64,000 nucleotides of DNA from an uncultured Planctomycetaceae bacterium (GCA_963976765.1 CAXBME010000002.1:248001-312000), one strand, 5' to 3'; shown: positions 30,094 to 41,308, counted from the first letter of the stretch. Made by a program: numbers and translations. Notes: generated from the sequence alone by a model not told the origin.

Positions 30094-30791
30094 AAAGTAT
30101 TACACCACTTCATGTTACAGTGAAAATCCACCCGCCACATGAGCCGTGTATCCATAACCGATCGCTGCCAGACAGGCACTCACTGGACAGTTTGAGAATC
30201 GATCAGTTCGTCCTTGAGGGGCGAAGATTAGAATGAAGTATTGCTGTCATCAACCCTGCGGACTTCGAAGCGGAAACTGGCTGAATTGCGTTCAGCCGTT
30301 TCAACGATCAGTTTACGAGAGCTTTCCAATAGTTGTTCCTGTCGTCTCCGTGCATGACGGCTTGAACATCCCGCCATGCGGTTCGCTCAACGGACTTTCC
30401 AGCGTGCCTCAATCCGCCTCAAACAACGGTCGATCGGGTTCCTGCACGCTCCTTCGACCTGACAGCGGTCGATCAGGCGTTCACGCGGCAACTGCGACCT
30501 CGATTGGTCGATCATGAGGCTGCTGGTACGATAATCGGCCAGCAATTTCAGGCATTGAGTGACCGGCAACGAGCAGAACTCTGTTTTGGCGCAAAGCAGC
30601 GAAGACATAAAGAACTACATGGCGACGCTATCACTTTGCGAAGCTCGTACTCGCCTGCTGGCTTTTCTGACAAGAAGCATCTTCCGACGACGGAGCACTC
30701 GGACTGATCACGGAAGAGGTGATTCCTTTCCGTGTCATACCGTTTCTTCCATGGCTTAGTCCCATCACGGCAAAGCAGTGCGAGCTCATCC

Positions 30792-33700
30792 ATGCAATTC
30801 TTCAAAGCACTTGTGACTGGATTCGCCCTCTGGCTCTCTGGGGAATGTCAGCTCGCCAGCGCGGCCGAGCCGGTTGACTTTGCGAAGCAGATCAAACCGA
30901 TCCTTCAGAAGTATTGCGTCAGTTGTCACGGGGGCGAGACGGTTGAGTCTGGTTTTCGCGCAGACTTCGGCAGTCTGATGCTGGAAGGCGGTGATCGAGG
31001 AACGGTAATCGTTCCGGGCAATGCGAAAAAAAGTTCGCTTTATCAGGTGCTGGTCGGCGAGGGCGACGTCGCGCAGATGCCGTTCGAATTGCCAAAGTTA
31101 TCGGACCAGCAGATCTCGCTGGTGAAAGACTGGATCGACCAGGGAGCAAAAGCCGCCGCCGATGACAAACCATCGACCGATGGGCGACCGACCAGCAATC
31201 ACTGGGCGTTTCAGACAATCCGCCGCCCGACTCTACCCGAGGTGAAGAATGCCAGCTGGCTGCTGAACGAAGTCGACGCGTTTGTGCTGGCGAGGCTCGA
31301 ATCTGAAGGACTGCGACCTTCACCCGAAGCATCCCGATCGACACTCATCCGCAGGCTGTATCTCGACCTGCTGGGAATCCTGCCGACTCCGGAAGAAAGT
31401 CGAAACTTCGTGAACGACGATCAGCCGTTCGCCTACGAACGACTTGTCGATCGACTGCTCGTTTCGCCTCGGTACGGCGAGCGTTGGGGGCGGCACTGGC
31501 TGGACATCGCGCGTTACGCCGATTCCAACGGCTTCACGATCGACGGTGCGAGGTCCATCTGGCCGTACCGCGACTGGGTGATCAACGCGACGAATGGAGA
31601 CATGCCCTTCGACCAGTTTGTTATCGAGCAACTCGCTGGCGACCTCCTGCCGAAACCAACCACCGATCAAATTGTGGCGACCGGTTTTCATCGCAACACA
31701 CTGATCAACCAGGAAGGCGGTACGGACCAGGAACAGTTTCGAGTCGAAGCTGTCGTCGATCGGGTCAACACAACCGGTGCGGCGTTTCTCGGCCTGACAG
31801 TCGGGTGTGCTCAGTGCCACGTCCATAAGTATGACCCGATCACTCAGCGGGACTTCTACAGACTGTTTGCGATTTTCAACAACTGCGACGAGCCCAACAT
31901 TCCCCTGCCTTCCGAAACTCAAGCCGCCGCCCAGGCTCGGGTGAAAGCTGGCCTGGCGGAAGTTGCAAAGCAACTGAAAGAGCATGACGCGCAACGAGCC
32001 AACGGGCAGCCAGACTGGGAGACAAAGCAGGCTGCGATTCCGGTTTCGGCCTGGAAATTCCTGAAACCCATTGAGGCCGTCTCGAAGGCCGGCGCGACGC
32101 TGAACAACGTTGACGAGCACACGCTGCTGGTCGGCGGCAACGGCAATATCCCGGCTACGGACGTCTACACTGTCACGACAGAATTGCCTGCCGGGCGAGT
32201 CACTGCTTTTCGACTCGAAACTCTGACCGGTCCGTTGCTCCCCAAAACCGGCCCGGGCTGGGCCGACAACGGCAACTTCGTACTGAACGAGTTCCAGGCG
32301 ACGAGCCAACCGCTCGATTCCCAAACCAATGCGTCGATGACGAAGCTGGTGTTTGCAACGGCGGCGACCGACTGGCAACAGGAAGGATACCCTGCCGAGC
32401 ACGCCATCGACGGAAACATGACAACCGGATGGGCCATTAACGGCACGAAGAAAAGTTCGGCCAACGTCAACCGCGAAGCCATCTTTGTCCTGAAAGAGCC
32501 GCTCAAGACCGATGCTCCGCTGAAGATTACTTTCACACTGCATCAAAAGCACAACGCTCCGAAATATCTGATTGGAACGTTCCGACTTTCGGCGACTGAT
32601 GCCGCACCGGAACAAATCATCGTGCCACCATCGATCCACAACATTCTGCAAGTCGCCGCCGACAAACGTGACGACGGGCAAAAAGAGTTGCTCGCAGCGG
32701 CGTACGGTCGGAGCGATGTCAGCCGGAAACCGCTGGAAGCAGAACAGGCCAGACTCAAGAGTGAGGAAAACGCTCTCAAAGCCGCTATTCCAACGACAAT
32801 GGTTCTGCGGGAGCGAGCGAAGAATCCTCGCACCACTCACATCCATATTCGCGGAAACTTCCTGGAGAAAGGGGCTGTGGTTCAGCCGGACGTTCCTTCG
32901 ATTCTTCCACCACTTGAGTCTGCGGAAACACCCGTCAACCGCCTCGAATTTGCCCGGTGGCTGTTCACGCCCGAGCATCCGCTGACGTCACGAGTCACGG
33001 TGAACCGAATCTGGCAAAGGCTGTTTGGAATCGGTCTGGTTGCCACTGAAGATGATTTCGGGACACAAGGCGCCCTGCCGTCGCACCCGCAATTACTTGA
33101 CTGGATCTCCAGTGAGTTTATGCGGATCGGCTGGAGCCAGAAGCGACTGATCCGCCTGATTGTGACTTCGGCGACGTATCGGCAGTCGTCGCGCGTCACA
33201 CCAGAGTTGCTGGCACGCGACCCGCGTAACCGATTACTGGCTCGGCAAAGCCGAGTTCGTCTGGAAGCCGAAGGAGTTCGCGACGTCGCTCTGTCAGCGA
33301 GCGGCCTGCTGTCTCAGAAGATGCTCGGACCGGGCGTTTACCCGCCACAGCCTCAGGGCATTTATGTGGTGACTCAAGTGTCGAAGCAGTGGCCCGAGAG
33401 TAAGGGCGATGATCGTTATCGCCGCGGTCTTTACACTTACTTCTGGCGGTCGAGTCCGTATCCGATGTTGCCGACCTTCGACGCTCCCGACGCCAACGGA
33501 ACATGCACTCGCCGCAACCGATCGAACACTCCATTACAGGCGCTCACGCTGGCCAACGACGGCGCTTTCATGGAATTCGCAAAGGCGCTTTCCGATCGAA
33601 TTCTGAACGAGTCGTCGGACTACGATGAGGCGAAAATCAGGTTTGCGTTTGACGCCGTCCTCGCGCGGCAGCCCAGCGACTTCGAGAAAGAGCGACTGCT

Positions 33701-33866
33701 GGCCTTCGTCGCTGCCCAACGAGAACATTTTGAATCAAACGCCGAAGCCGCTAAAGCTGCCGCATCAACAAGCCGTCCAGAATCAGCCGACGAAGCCGCA
33801 TCCGCTACATGGACGGCGTTTGCGCGAGTCGTGTTGAACCTTGACGAATTCATCACTCGCGAATGA
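30792..33866 (+). CDS. Planctomycete cytochrome c / DUF1549 (PSCyt2) / DUF1553 (PSD1) protein
   Basis: Signal peptide, CVSCH, HWAF, YGERWGRHWLDIARYAD, CAQCHVHKYDP, HPQLLDW and TPLQAL. Confidence 0.93.
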   Translation: MQFFKALVTGFALWLSGECQLASAAEPVDFAKQIKPILQKYCVSCHGGETVESGFRADFGSLMLEGGDRGTVIVPGNAKKSSLYQVLVGEGDVAQMPFELPKLSDQQISLVKDWIDQGAKAAADDKPSTDGRPTSNHWAFQTIRRPTLPEVKNASWLLNEVDAFVLARLESEGLRPSPEASRSTLIRRLYLDLLGILPTPEESRNFVNDDQPFAYERLVDRLLVSPRYGERWGRHWLDIARYADSNGFTIDGARSIWPYRDWVINATNGDMPFDQFVIEQLAGDLLPKPTTDQIVATGFHRNTLINQEGGTDQEQFRVEAVVDRVNTTGAAFLGLTVGCAQCHVHKYDPITQRDFYRLFAIFNNCDEPNIPLPSETQAAAQARVKAGLAEVAKQLKEHDAQRANGQPDWETKQAAIPVSAWKFLKPIEAVSKAGATLNNVDEHTLLVGGNGNIPATDVYTVTTELPAGRVTAFRLETLTGPLLPKTGPGWADNGNFVLNEFQATSQPLDSQTNASMTKLVFATAATDWQQEGYPAEHAIDGNMTTGWAINGTKKSSANVNREAIFVLKEPLKTDAPLKITFTLHQKHNAPKYLIGTFRLSATDAAPEQIIVPPSIHNILQVAADKRDDGQKELLAAAYGRSDVSRKPLEAEQARLKSEENALKAAIPTTMVLRERAKNPRTTHIHIRGNFLEKGAVVQPDVPSILPPLESAETPVNRLEFARWLFTPEHPLTSRVTVNRIWQRLFGIGLVATEDDFGTQGALPSHPQLLDWISSEFMRIGWSQKRLIRLIVTSATYRQSSRVTPELLARDPRNRLLARQSRVRLEAEGVRDVALSASGLLSQKMLGPGVYPPQPQGIYVVTQVSKQWPESKGDDRYRRGLYTYFWRSSPYPMLPTFDAPDANGTCTRRNRSNTPLQALTLANDGAFMEFAKALSDRILNESSDYDEAKIRFAFDAVLARQPSDFEKERLLAFVAAQREHFESNAEAAKAAASTSRPESADEAASATWTAFARVVLNLDEFITRE

Positions 33867-33873
33867 GACCACG

Positions 33874-34989
33874 ATGAAAATAGTAAGTATCGACGTGATT
33901 CCTCTGACCGGAGCGACCGTCGACGGTGGCTGGCCCCAGGGTCACGAGCCTCAGGAAAATCTGCACACGCTCATCGAGATTCACACGGAGGATGGAATTT
34001 CGGGAGTCGGCAGTTGCTTCACATCGGGCAAGCTAGTTCAAGGTGCCGTTGATCTGCTGTGGCCACTGCTGAAAAACCAGTCGGCTGTCGAACCCGAACG
34101 CGTCAGTGAGACCTTGCGACAGGCATCATTCTGGCAGGGCCGCGGCGGATCAGTTGAGCACGCGATTTCGGGAATCGACATTGCCCTGTGGGATATCATG
34201 GGCAAGGCCTGCGGACAGCCGGTGTCGAGACTGCTCGGCGGAAATTATCGCAACCGGATCCGGCCGTACGGATCGATGCTGTTTGACGAACCGGACGCGC
34301 TGCGGGCGTCGCTCGAAGCAACCGTCAGCCGAGGCTTCAAATCGATCAAACTCGGCTGGCGACCGTTCGGTCGGCGAGATCGAAAGTTCGACGAACTGCT
34401 GGTCCGCACGGCGCGAGAAACTGTCGGCGAGAAAGTCGAATTGATGGTCGACGCCGGAGGCAGCGAGCAGTTCTGGCCGCACGGTTTGAACTGGGCGAGG
34501 GAAACGGCGCGAATGCTGGCGGATTATGACATCGTCTGGTTCGAAGAACCGCTGCCTCCGGACGATCTTGAAGGACATATCGAGCTGACTCGACAGTCGC
34601 CGGTGCCCATCGCAGGAGGCGAAGTCCTGACTCGAAGACAGTCTTTTCAACCGTGGCTGGAGCGGCGGGCTGTCGATATTATCCAGCCGGACGTGACCAA
34701 AAACGGCGGGTTAAGCGAGTCTCGAAAGATCGCGTGGCTCGCCTTTGACCACAACGTTCAGATGGTTTCGCACGGATGGAATACGGCGATTGGTCTGGCC
34801 GCCGATCTACAACTGGCTGCGGCCATGCCGGTTGCCCGATATGTCGAGTACCTGACGCCGTGTGCGTATCTTGAAGAGCTGACGGTTGAACCGTTTGTGA
34901 TCGACGACGACGGTTGCCTTGAGATTCCCGATCGTCCGGGTCTGGGTATCGAACTCGACCGCGACCGATTGAAACAATTTATCCGCTGA
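33874..34989 (+). CDS. Mandelate racemase/muconate lactonizing enzyme family protein
   Basis: AISGIDIALWDIMGK, KSIKLG, LMVDAG, WFEEP, GGE and DIIQPD. Confidence 0.92.
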   Translation: MKIVSIDVIPLTGATVDGGWPQGHEPQENLHTLIEIHTEDGISGVGSCFTSGKLVQGAVDLLWPLLKNQSAVEPERVSETLRQASFWQGRGGSVEHAISGIDIALWDIMGKACGQPVSRLLGGNYRNRIRPYGSMLFDEPDALRASLEATVSRGFKSIKLGWRPFGRRDRKFDELLVRTARETVGEKVELMVDAGGSEQFWPHGLNWARETARMLADYDIVWFEEPLPPDDLEGHIELTRQSPVPIAGGEVLTRRQSFQPWLERRAVDIIQPDVTKNGGLSESRKIAWLAFDHNVQMVSHGWNTAIGLAADLQLAAAMPVARYVEYLTPCAYLEELTVEPFVIDDDGCLEIPDRPGLGIELDRDRLKQFIR

Positions 34990-35025
34990 AGCCCTCCGCA
35001 GAATTAACTGACGCCCCGATGGGAC

Positions 35026-35973
35026 ATGGAACTCGCTCGAATGGAACTGCTGAGAGGTTTTGATTCACTGGACTCGTTCCGCGGCGGATTTCTGTCGATC
35101 GGGAACTTCGACGGCGTACACCGCGGGCATCAGCAGATGTTCGCCTGCCTGGTTCGCCACGCCAAAGAGCACAGTGTTCCGTCGTGCGTGTTCACGTTCG
35201 AGCCACACCCGATTCAGCTCCTGCGACCGGAACAGTGCCCACCCGCACTGACATCGCTTGAGCAGAAAGCCGAATTGATCGCGGCCTGCGGCGTCGATTG
35301 CATGGTCGTTTACCCGACGGATCTTCGACTGCTGAACCTGTCGGCGGAAGACTTTTTTCAGGCGGTGGTGCTGGGCGAATTCGATGCGACCGGCATGGTC
35401 GAAGGTCCGAATTTCTACTTTGGTCGTAACCGATCGGGCACCGTCGAACACCTGGCTGACTTCTGCAAAGCGGCATCGATCGAACTGGATACGGTCCCGC
35501 CGGTCTTCGTCGGGACACAAATGGTTTCTTCCAGCGTGATTCGTGGCCTGCTGATCGAGGGCGAAGTTGAAGAAGCCAGCGATCTGCTCGGACATCGTTA
35601 CCGGGTTGCCGGGCAGGTGATGAAGGGAGCGGAACGGGGCCGAACCATTGGCTTTCCAACCGCCAACCTCGGACAGATTGTCACCGTATTGCCACTTGAC
35701 GGAGTGTACGCGGGAGTGGCCATTCACAACGGCAGGAGCTGGCCAGCCGCGATCAATCTTGGCCCGAACCCGACGTTCGGCGAGCGACGACGAAAGCTCG
35801 AAGTTCACCTGATCGGCTTCGAAGGCGACCTCTACGACCAGCCGCTGGAAGTCGAGTTTGTCTCGCGACTTCGAGACACGTTGGAGTTCCCTGATGTTGC
35901 TGCCCTGACGACGCAGCTCGAACAGGACATTCAACAAGCCGTGGCGGTCGTCACCCGAAACTCAAATCGTTAG
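35026..35973 (+). CDS. ribF: Bifunctional riboflavin kinase/FAD synthetase (start may be 35041)
   Basis: GNFDGVHRGH, VSSSVIR, GRTIGFPTAN and LEVHL. Confidence 0.95.
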   Translation: MELARMELLRGFDSLDSFRGGFLSIGNFDGVHRGHQQMFACLVRHAKEHSVPSCVFTFEPHPIQLLRPEQCPPALTSLEQKAELIAACGVDCMVVYPTDLRLLNLSAEDFFQAVVLGEFDATGMVEGPNFYFGRNRSGTVEHLADFCKAASIELDTVPPVFVGTQMVSSSVIRGLLIEGEVEEASDLLGHRYRVAGQVMKGAERGRTIGFPTANLGQIVTVLPLDGVYAGVAIHNGRSWPAAINLGPNPTFGERRRKLEVHLIGFEGDLYDQPLEVEFVSRLRDTLEFPDVAALTTQLEQDIQQAVAVVTRNSNR

Positions 35974-36061
35974 TCTTTCGCCGCCCGAGAGTGACTCGGA
36001 ACAAGATTACGGACTGGTCGGGATCGACCGCTCTATTCGCCTGATCGTCTGAAAGATTGCG

Positions 36062-37054
36062 ATGTCCATCGACTGGTCGCCTCTGATTGAGATTGTGAAT
36101 TCACACGAACGCTTTGTGCTTTCCAGCCATGTTCGACCGGACGCCGACGCCATCGGTTCAGAACTCGGATTGGCCTGCGCGCTGGAATCGCTGGGCAAGA
36201 ACGTTCGCATCGTCAACCCGTCGGAAGGCTCTGCGAACATCGCCTTCCTGGATCCAGATAGAAAGGCGAGGAAGCTGGGCGACGGCATTTCTGCGGACGA
36301 AGCCCGCGACACCGACGTCCACATCGTCGTCGACACAAGCGCCTGGGTTCAGCTTCAGGATGTCGGCTCGGTCCTGAAAACGACTAAAGCCAAACAGACG
36401 GTCGTGATCGATCATCACGTCAGCTCGGATAATCTGGGAGGGTTGGAATTCAAAGAGACAACCGCTGCGGCAACAGGCGAGCTGATCTATGAACTCGCTC
36501 AGGCTCTGGGGGCGACGCTGGATGAGCGAGCTGCCAATGCGCTCTATTGTGCCATCGCGACGGACACCGGCTGGTTCCGATTTCCGTCAACAACCAGCCG
36601 AACAATGAGGATTGCTGGCGAGTTAATTGACCTGGGCGCGAAACCGCATGTACTTTATCAGCTGCTTTACGAGCAGCACTCGGCCGCTCGCATGCAACTT
36701 TTCGGAAGAGTCCTCAGTCGGATGACCATCGAAACAGACGGGTGTCTTGCCTATCTGACGGTCACTCAACAGGACTTCAGAGAAACGGGAGCCGCTCCGG
36801 CGGACACCGAAGAGCTGGTGAATCAGTGTTTGCGGATTGCTGGAGTCAAGGCAGCGTTCATCGCCATCGAGCAACCCAATCAAACAATCAAAGTGAGTTT
36901 TCGAAGTCGATTAGACACGAACGTGGCAGCCGTCGCCGAGCAGTTCGGGGGTGGAGGTCACAAACAAGCCGCTGGAGCCGTCCTGCCCGCACCTCTGGCA
37001 GACGCTCTGGCAAAAGTCCTCCCACTCATGCGGCAGGTGGTTACTCCCGATTAA
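36062..37054 (+). CDS. DHH/DHHA1 phosphoesterase (NrnA-like)
   Basis: HVRPDADAIGS, IDHH, IATDTGWF and GGGGHKQAAG. Confidence 0.93.
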   Translation: MSIDWSPLIEIVNSHERFVLSSHVRPDADAIGSELGLACALESLGKNVRIVNPSEGSANIAFLDPDRKARKLGDGISADEARDTDVHIVVDTSAWVQLQDVGSVLKTTKAKQTVVIDHHVSSDNLGGLEFKETTAAATGELIYELAQALGATLDERAANALYCAIATDTGWFRFPSTTSRTMRIAGELIDLGAKPHVLYQLLYEQHSAARMQLFGRVLSRMTIETDGCLAYLTVTQQDFRETGAAPADTEELVNQCLRIAGVKAAFIAIEQPNQTIKVSFRSRLDTNVAAVAEQFGGGGHKQAAGAVLPAPLADALAKVLPLMRQVVTPD

Positions 37055-37240
37055 CGCCTGAAGCAACCAGCCAGAACAGACGTCCTGAAACGGGCGTCTG
37101 TTCAACGATCAACCTTGTAGATATCTGACAGTAAGTTTGAAACATCTTCGTTCGGTGCCGCGCTGACACTTGTCGCGTTGTCACCGTTCCTGTTTGTCTT
37201 CCGGTGCCGAATTCCCGTCACCACTCACCGAGGTATCGGC

Positions 37241-37918
37241 ATGAGCGAAAATCAAAACGCCACTCCTGACGCTGATGACACTCCGCCAGCAGAAAGCGCC
37301 AGCGAAACCTGTTGCGGCACTTCACCCTCGGATGAATCAGATTGCTCAGGGAAACCTCGCCGGAACTTCGTTGTTGAATTCGCAGCGGCCGCTGTAGGTG
37401 CTCTGGTCGGAATTGTCCCGGCGGCGATTGGGGGTCTCTTCTTTCTGGACCCGCTGGTTCGCAAAGGCGACAAGCAGGCCGACCCTGCCGGCAACAGCGA
37501 AGACACCGGCGGAGTGGTCAAGGACGCTCAGGGGTTCATCCGACTGACTCTCGGAATCGACGCACTGCCCGAAGACGGAACGCCAGTCCGTTACACGGTT
37601 CGCGATGACATCGTCAACGTCTGGAACAAGTTTCCCAACCAGCCAATCGGTTCTGTGTGGCTGCGAAAAATTCAGGACCAGGTACTTGCTTTCAACACAG
37701 TCTGCCCGCATCTCGGCTGTGCAGTCGACCACCGCCCCAGCGAAGGCGATTTCTACTGTCCCTGCCATACCAGTGCGTTTGATCTTGATGGCAAGCCGCT
37801 CAATGTAATTCCGCCACGAGCGATGGACACTCTCGAAGCAGAAGTCCGCGACGGTGGCCGAATCTGGTTGAAGTATCAGGAATTCCGTGGAGCTACCAGC
37901 GAAAAGGTGCCTGTATGA
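37241..37918 (+). CDS. Rieske 2Fe-2S subunit of a Rieske/cytochrome b complex
   Basis: RRNF Tat-like motif plus TM, CPHLGC and CPCH. Confidence 0.92.
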   Translation: MSENQNATPDADDTPPAESASETCCGTSPSDESDCSGKPRRNFVVEFAAAAVGALVGIVPAAIGGLFFLDPLVRKGDKQADPAGNSEDTGGVVKDAQGFIRLTLGIDALPEDGTPVRYTVRDDIVNVWNKFPNQPIGSVWLRKIQDQVLAFNTVCPHLGCAVDHRPSEGDFYCPCHTSAFDLDGKPLNVIPPRAMDTLEAEVRDGGRIWLKYQEFRGATSEKVPV

Positions 37919-39861
37919 TCCGCTCACTCCTCGCGTGGCTCGACAATCGAACTGGGTGTAACGGCCTGATCCACGAAGCGCTTTATGAAAAAGTGCCCGG
38001 CGGAGCCCGCTGGCGATACGTCTGGGGCAGCACGCTGGTCTTTACGTTCGTCCTGCAGATGATCACCGGAATCTTTCTCTGGACAGCGTACAGCCCCAGC
38101 GCTCAGACCGCCTGGGAAAGTGTGTATTACATTCAGGAAGTGATGTTCCTTGGCAAGATCGTCCGAGGAATGCACCACTTTGCCGCTCAGGCAATGGTCG
38201 TTCTGCTGGCCATTCACCTGATCCAGGTGATTATCGACGGAGCCTATAAAGCGCCGCGGGAGATCAATTTCTGGCTCGGTCTGGTCCTGATGAAAATTAT
38301 TCTGGGACTCAGCCTGACGGGCTATCTGTTGCCGTGGGATCAGAAGGGCTATTACGCGACACAGGTCTCGACAAAAATTATGGGCGCAACACCGGTTGTC
38401 GGTGCGCAGCTTCAGGAAGTCGTCCAGGGCGGAGCACAGTACAACCACCACACACTGACTCGATTCTTCGCCATGCACGCGGGAATTCTACCAGGCCTGC
38501 TGATCGGCTTCCTTGCTCTGCATCTGTACGTCTTCAGACGTCACGGTCTGACGGTTCATCAACCGAAGAAAAAGCCAGACACCACGTTCTGGCCTGATCA
38601 GGTTCTTAAGGACGGTGTCGCATGTCTGGGCGTTCTGGCAGTTGTGCTGCTCTTTGCAATTTTCAAAGGAGCGGAACTCAGCCCACCTGCTGACGCCGCC
38701 AAGGCGTACGCAGCCGCACGACCGGAATGGTATTTCCTCTTTCTGTTCAGATTCCTCAAGTTCGAAGCGGTCGAACATCTGGGACTCGCCTTCGGAGCGA
38801 TCTACGTGCCCGGTGCGCTGATGGGCATTCTTTTCATGATGCCTCTGACGGCGAAAATGAAAGCTGGCCATCGATTCAATGTGGCGTTTACCTGGCTGGT
38901 CACGTTCGGCATCGTCGTGCTGACAACGATGGCGTTTTATGAAGACGCCAACAACGAGGATCACCAGGCAGCCATCGCCGAAGCCGAACGCGACGCACAC
39001 CGCATCAAAGAACTGGCAAGCCGGCCATCAATGATTCCGGTCGAAGGTGCGGTCTCACTGCTCCGCGAGGACCCGTTCACTCAAGGACCGGTTCTCTTCG
39101 CCAAGTACTGCGCAAGTTGCCACCGCTACAACGGCCACAATGGTCGAGGTGTGGTTCTGAAACAAACGGACAAGGACACGAAAAAAGTATCCACTGTAAT
39201 TCCCGAGGCTACAGACCTGGCAAACTTCGGCAGCCGAGACTGGATGAAGGCGATCATCACGGACTACGGCAATCACTTCTCGCCATTGAAAGATGCTCAA
39301 TGGTATCCCGGAGCGGATGACGCCGAGTTCAATCTTGACGATTCAGAAATGGCGAGTGCTTCTGAAGAATACGCCGAAGCCTTCACCTCTCCTGAAAACG
39401 CCAACGACCTGAACGCTCTGGTTGAAGCTCTGGTGGCCATGCGAGGCTGGAAGGGCGACGAGGAAACCATTGATGCAAAACTGGTTGCACGAGGTCAGCA
39501 GATTCTTGATGGCGAACCACTCGCTGACGGAACTGAAATCTCATCCTGTACCGATTGTCATGACACGATCGGTTCTGACTTCGAAATCACGGGCGAGGGA
39601 TACGGGTATCCTGACCTCGCCGAATACGGCTCCGCAAAATGGCTGAAAGCATTCATCAGTGATCCGGGTTCTGACCAGTTCTACGGAGCGAAGAACCACA
39701 TGCCGGCTTATGCAGACAAGATGAACTCCACGGATCTCGATCTTCTCGTTCGATGGATGACGGGCAACTATCACGAGACTCATGTTGAAGATTACCCATC
39801 ACGAATTCCCGAAGTCTTCGGCGCAGGTGCACAGCCAGCGGCACCGTCCGCTGACGAGTAG
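37915..39861 (+). CDS. Cytochrome b fused to a C-terminal di-heme cytochrome c
   Basis: GMHH, GYLLPWDQ and PEWY; CASCH and CTDCH heme c motifs. Confidence 0.93.
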   Translation: MIRSLLAWLDNRTGCNGLIHEALYEKVPGGARWRYVWGSTLVFTFVLQMITGIFLWTAYSPSAQTAWESVYYIQEVMFLGKIVRGMHHFAAQAMVVLLAIHLIQVIIDGAYKAPREINFWLGLVLMKIILGLSLTGYLLPWDQKGYYATQVSTKIMGATPVVGAQLQEVVQGGAQYNHHTLTRFFAMHAGILPGLLIGFLALHLYVFRRHGLTVHQPKKKPDTTFWPDQVLKDGVACLGVLAVVLLFAIFKGAELSPPADAAKAYAAARPEWYFLFLFRFLKFEAVEHLGLAFGAIYVPGALMGILFMMPLTAKMKAGHRFNVAFTWLVTFGIVVLTTMAFYEDANNEDHQAAIAEAERDAHRIKELASRPSMIPVEGAVSLLREDPFTQGPVLFAKYCASCHRYNGHNGRGVVLKQTDKDTKKVSTVIPEATDLANFGSRDWMKAIITDYGNHFSPLKDAQWYPGADDAEFNLDDSEMASASEEYAEAFTSPENANDLNALVEALVAMRGWKGDEETIDAKLVARGQQILDGEPLADGTEISSCTDCHDTIGSDFEITGEGYGYPDLAEYGSAKWLKAFISDPGSDQFYGAKNHMPAYADKMNSTDLDLLVRWMTGNYHETHVEDYPSRIPEVFGAGAQPAAPSADE

Positions 39862-39942
39862 AGGTTAGAATCTGCAGGGTGGTCACCTCCCGCCAGTTTC
39901 TCTGGTGAGCAGTGTTCGCCCTGCGTGCTTACCGGTCAAAGA

Positions 39943-41244
39943 ATGCTCGAACCTGCAGAACCCGCGCCGCAACAACTGAAACGTGTCGTCGGATTGCCCG
40001 GCGCAGTGACGCTGGGGCTTGGGTCAATTCTGGGCACCGGCGTTTTTGTGAGCCTGTTGTTCGCCGTGAATCTGGCTGGCGAGTGGGCAGTTCTGTCCGT
40101 AACGATTGCTGCCGGACTCGCTGTCTGCAACGGACTGAGTAGTGCTCAACTTGCGGCCAGTCACCCGGTCAGCGGCGGAGCGTACGAGTATGGTTACCGA
40201 TTTCTGACGCCGGTCCTGGGTTTTAACGCCGGGTGGATGTTTCTGATCGCCAAAGGCGCCAGTGCTGCAACGGCGGCATTGGCTTTTGCAGAAGGCATTC
40301 AACACCTGACACCAGCGGCAAAGAACATCGACGTTCGATTTCTCGCGGCTGCAATCATTGCTGCTGTGACCGCTCTGGTTCTGTCAGGTGTTCGGCGTTC
40401 GGTCCGCGTTAATGGCCTTATCGTCGGTCTCGTCCTGCTGGCTCTTGGCACATTTTCGTTCTGCGCCTTATCCAACCCGGTAACGATTCTGGAACTTAGC
40501 TCCGTGTCGTTTTCCTGGCGAAATGTCTTTCACGCGGCAGCACTTTCTTTCGTGGCTTACACCGGCTACGGACGGGTAGCGACGATGGGGGAAGAGATTC
40601 GCGAACCGGCTCGCAACATTCCTCGAGCAGTCATTGCCACACTCGCGACCACGTTCGTTGTTTACCTGATCGTAACAGTGGCGATCGTCGCTCTGGTCGC
40701 GCCGATTCCGAACATGCAGGTTGACGGTGTTGGGAATTCGCTCGACCAACTGCTGGAGAATGGGCAAGCCGGTCCCGTTGCTGCGTCAATAGTTCGAGGC
40801 GGCGCCATGCTTGCCATGCTCGGCGTATTGCTGAACCTGGTTCTGGGGCTTTCCCGAGTGGCCCTCGCGATGGCACGACGCCGTGATCTGCCTTCGAGCT
40901 TTGCGTCGCTGAGTGCTGATGGCGACTCGCCTCATCGTGCGGTTCTGCTGGTGGCTGTCATGATCTCGCTGCTCACCTTGAGTGGTGACGTGTTTCGAAC
41001 GTGGTCGATGAGCGCCTTTGCCGTTTTGATCTACTACGCAACAGCGAACCTGTGCGCACTGCGGCAACCTGCAGAAGAGCGACGGTATCCTCGCCTGGTC
41101 TCAGTCGCTGGACTTTGCGGGTGTCTTGGCCTGGCACCGTTTATCGATCTAAAAACGATCTTCGGATGTGTGGTCCTGATGATCGTTGGGCTACTGATCA
41201 AGCTTGTCGCCAACTTCAGACAACGAAAACGCCCCGCAGCCTGA
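39943..41244 (+). CDS. APC-family amino acid permease
   Basis: GSILGTGVF, PVSGGAYEY and FVAYTGY..EEIREP; about 12 TM segments. Confidence 0.88.
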   Translation: MLEPAEPAPQQLKRVVGLPGAVTLGLGSILGTGVFVSLLFAVNLAGEWAVLSVTIAAGLAVCNGLSSAQLAASHPVSGGAYEYGYRFLTPVLGFNAGWMFLIAKGASAATAALAFAEGIQHLTPAAKNIDVRFLAAAIIAAVTALVLSGVRRSVRVNGLIVGLVLLALGTFSFCALSNPVTILELSSVSFSWRNVFHAAALSFVAYTGYGRVATMGEEIREPARNIPRAVIATLATTFVVYLIVTVAIVALVAPIPNMQVDGVGNSLDQLLENGQAGPVAASIVRGGAMLAMLGVLLNLVLGLSRVALAMARRRDLPSSFASLSADGDSPHRAVLLVAVMISLLTLSGDVFRTWSMSAFAVLIYYATANLCALRQPAEERRYPRLVSVAGLCGCLGLAPFIDLKTIFGCVVLMIVGLLIKLVANFRQRKRPAA

Positions 41245-41308
41245 AGTCAGGGCGGGGCGAGATGAGTTGGTGTGTCGAGACGCACCCTGCGGGACAGGAC
41301 CCGCCGAA

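Noticed and set aside
30100..30790. Short ORFs between the tRNA and the cytochrome gene
   Set aside because: Overlapping short frames without motifs or clear RBS; left unannotated.
31320..32978. Long antisense ORFs (552 aa here; also 20444-21706, 35065-35937 and 8860-9723)
   Set aside because: Shadow frames opposite well-supported genes in GC-rich DNA.
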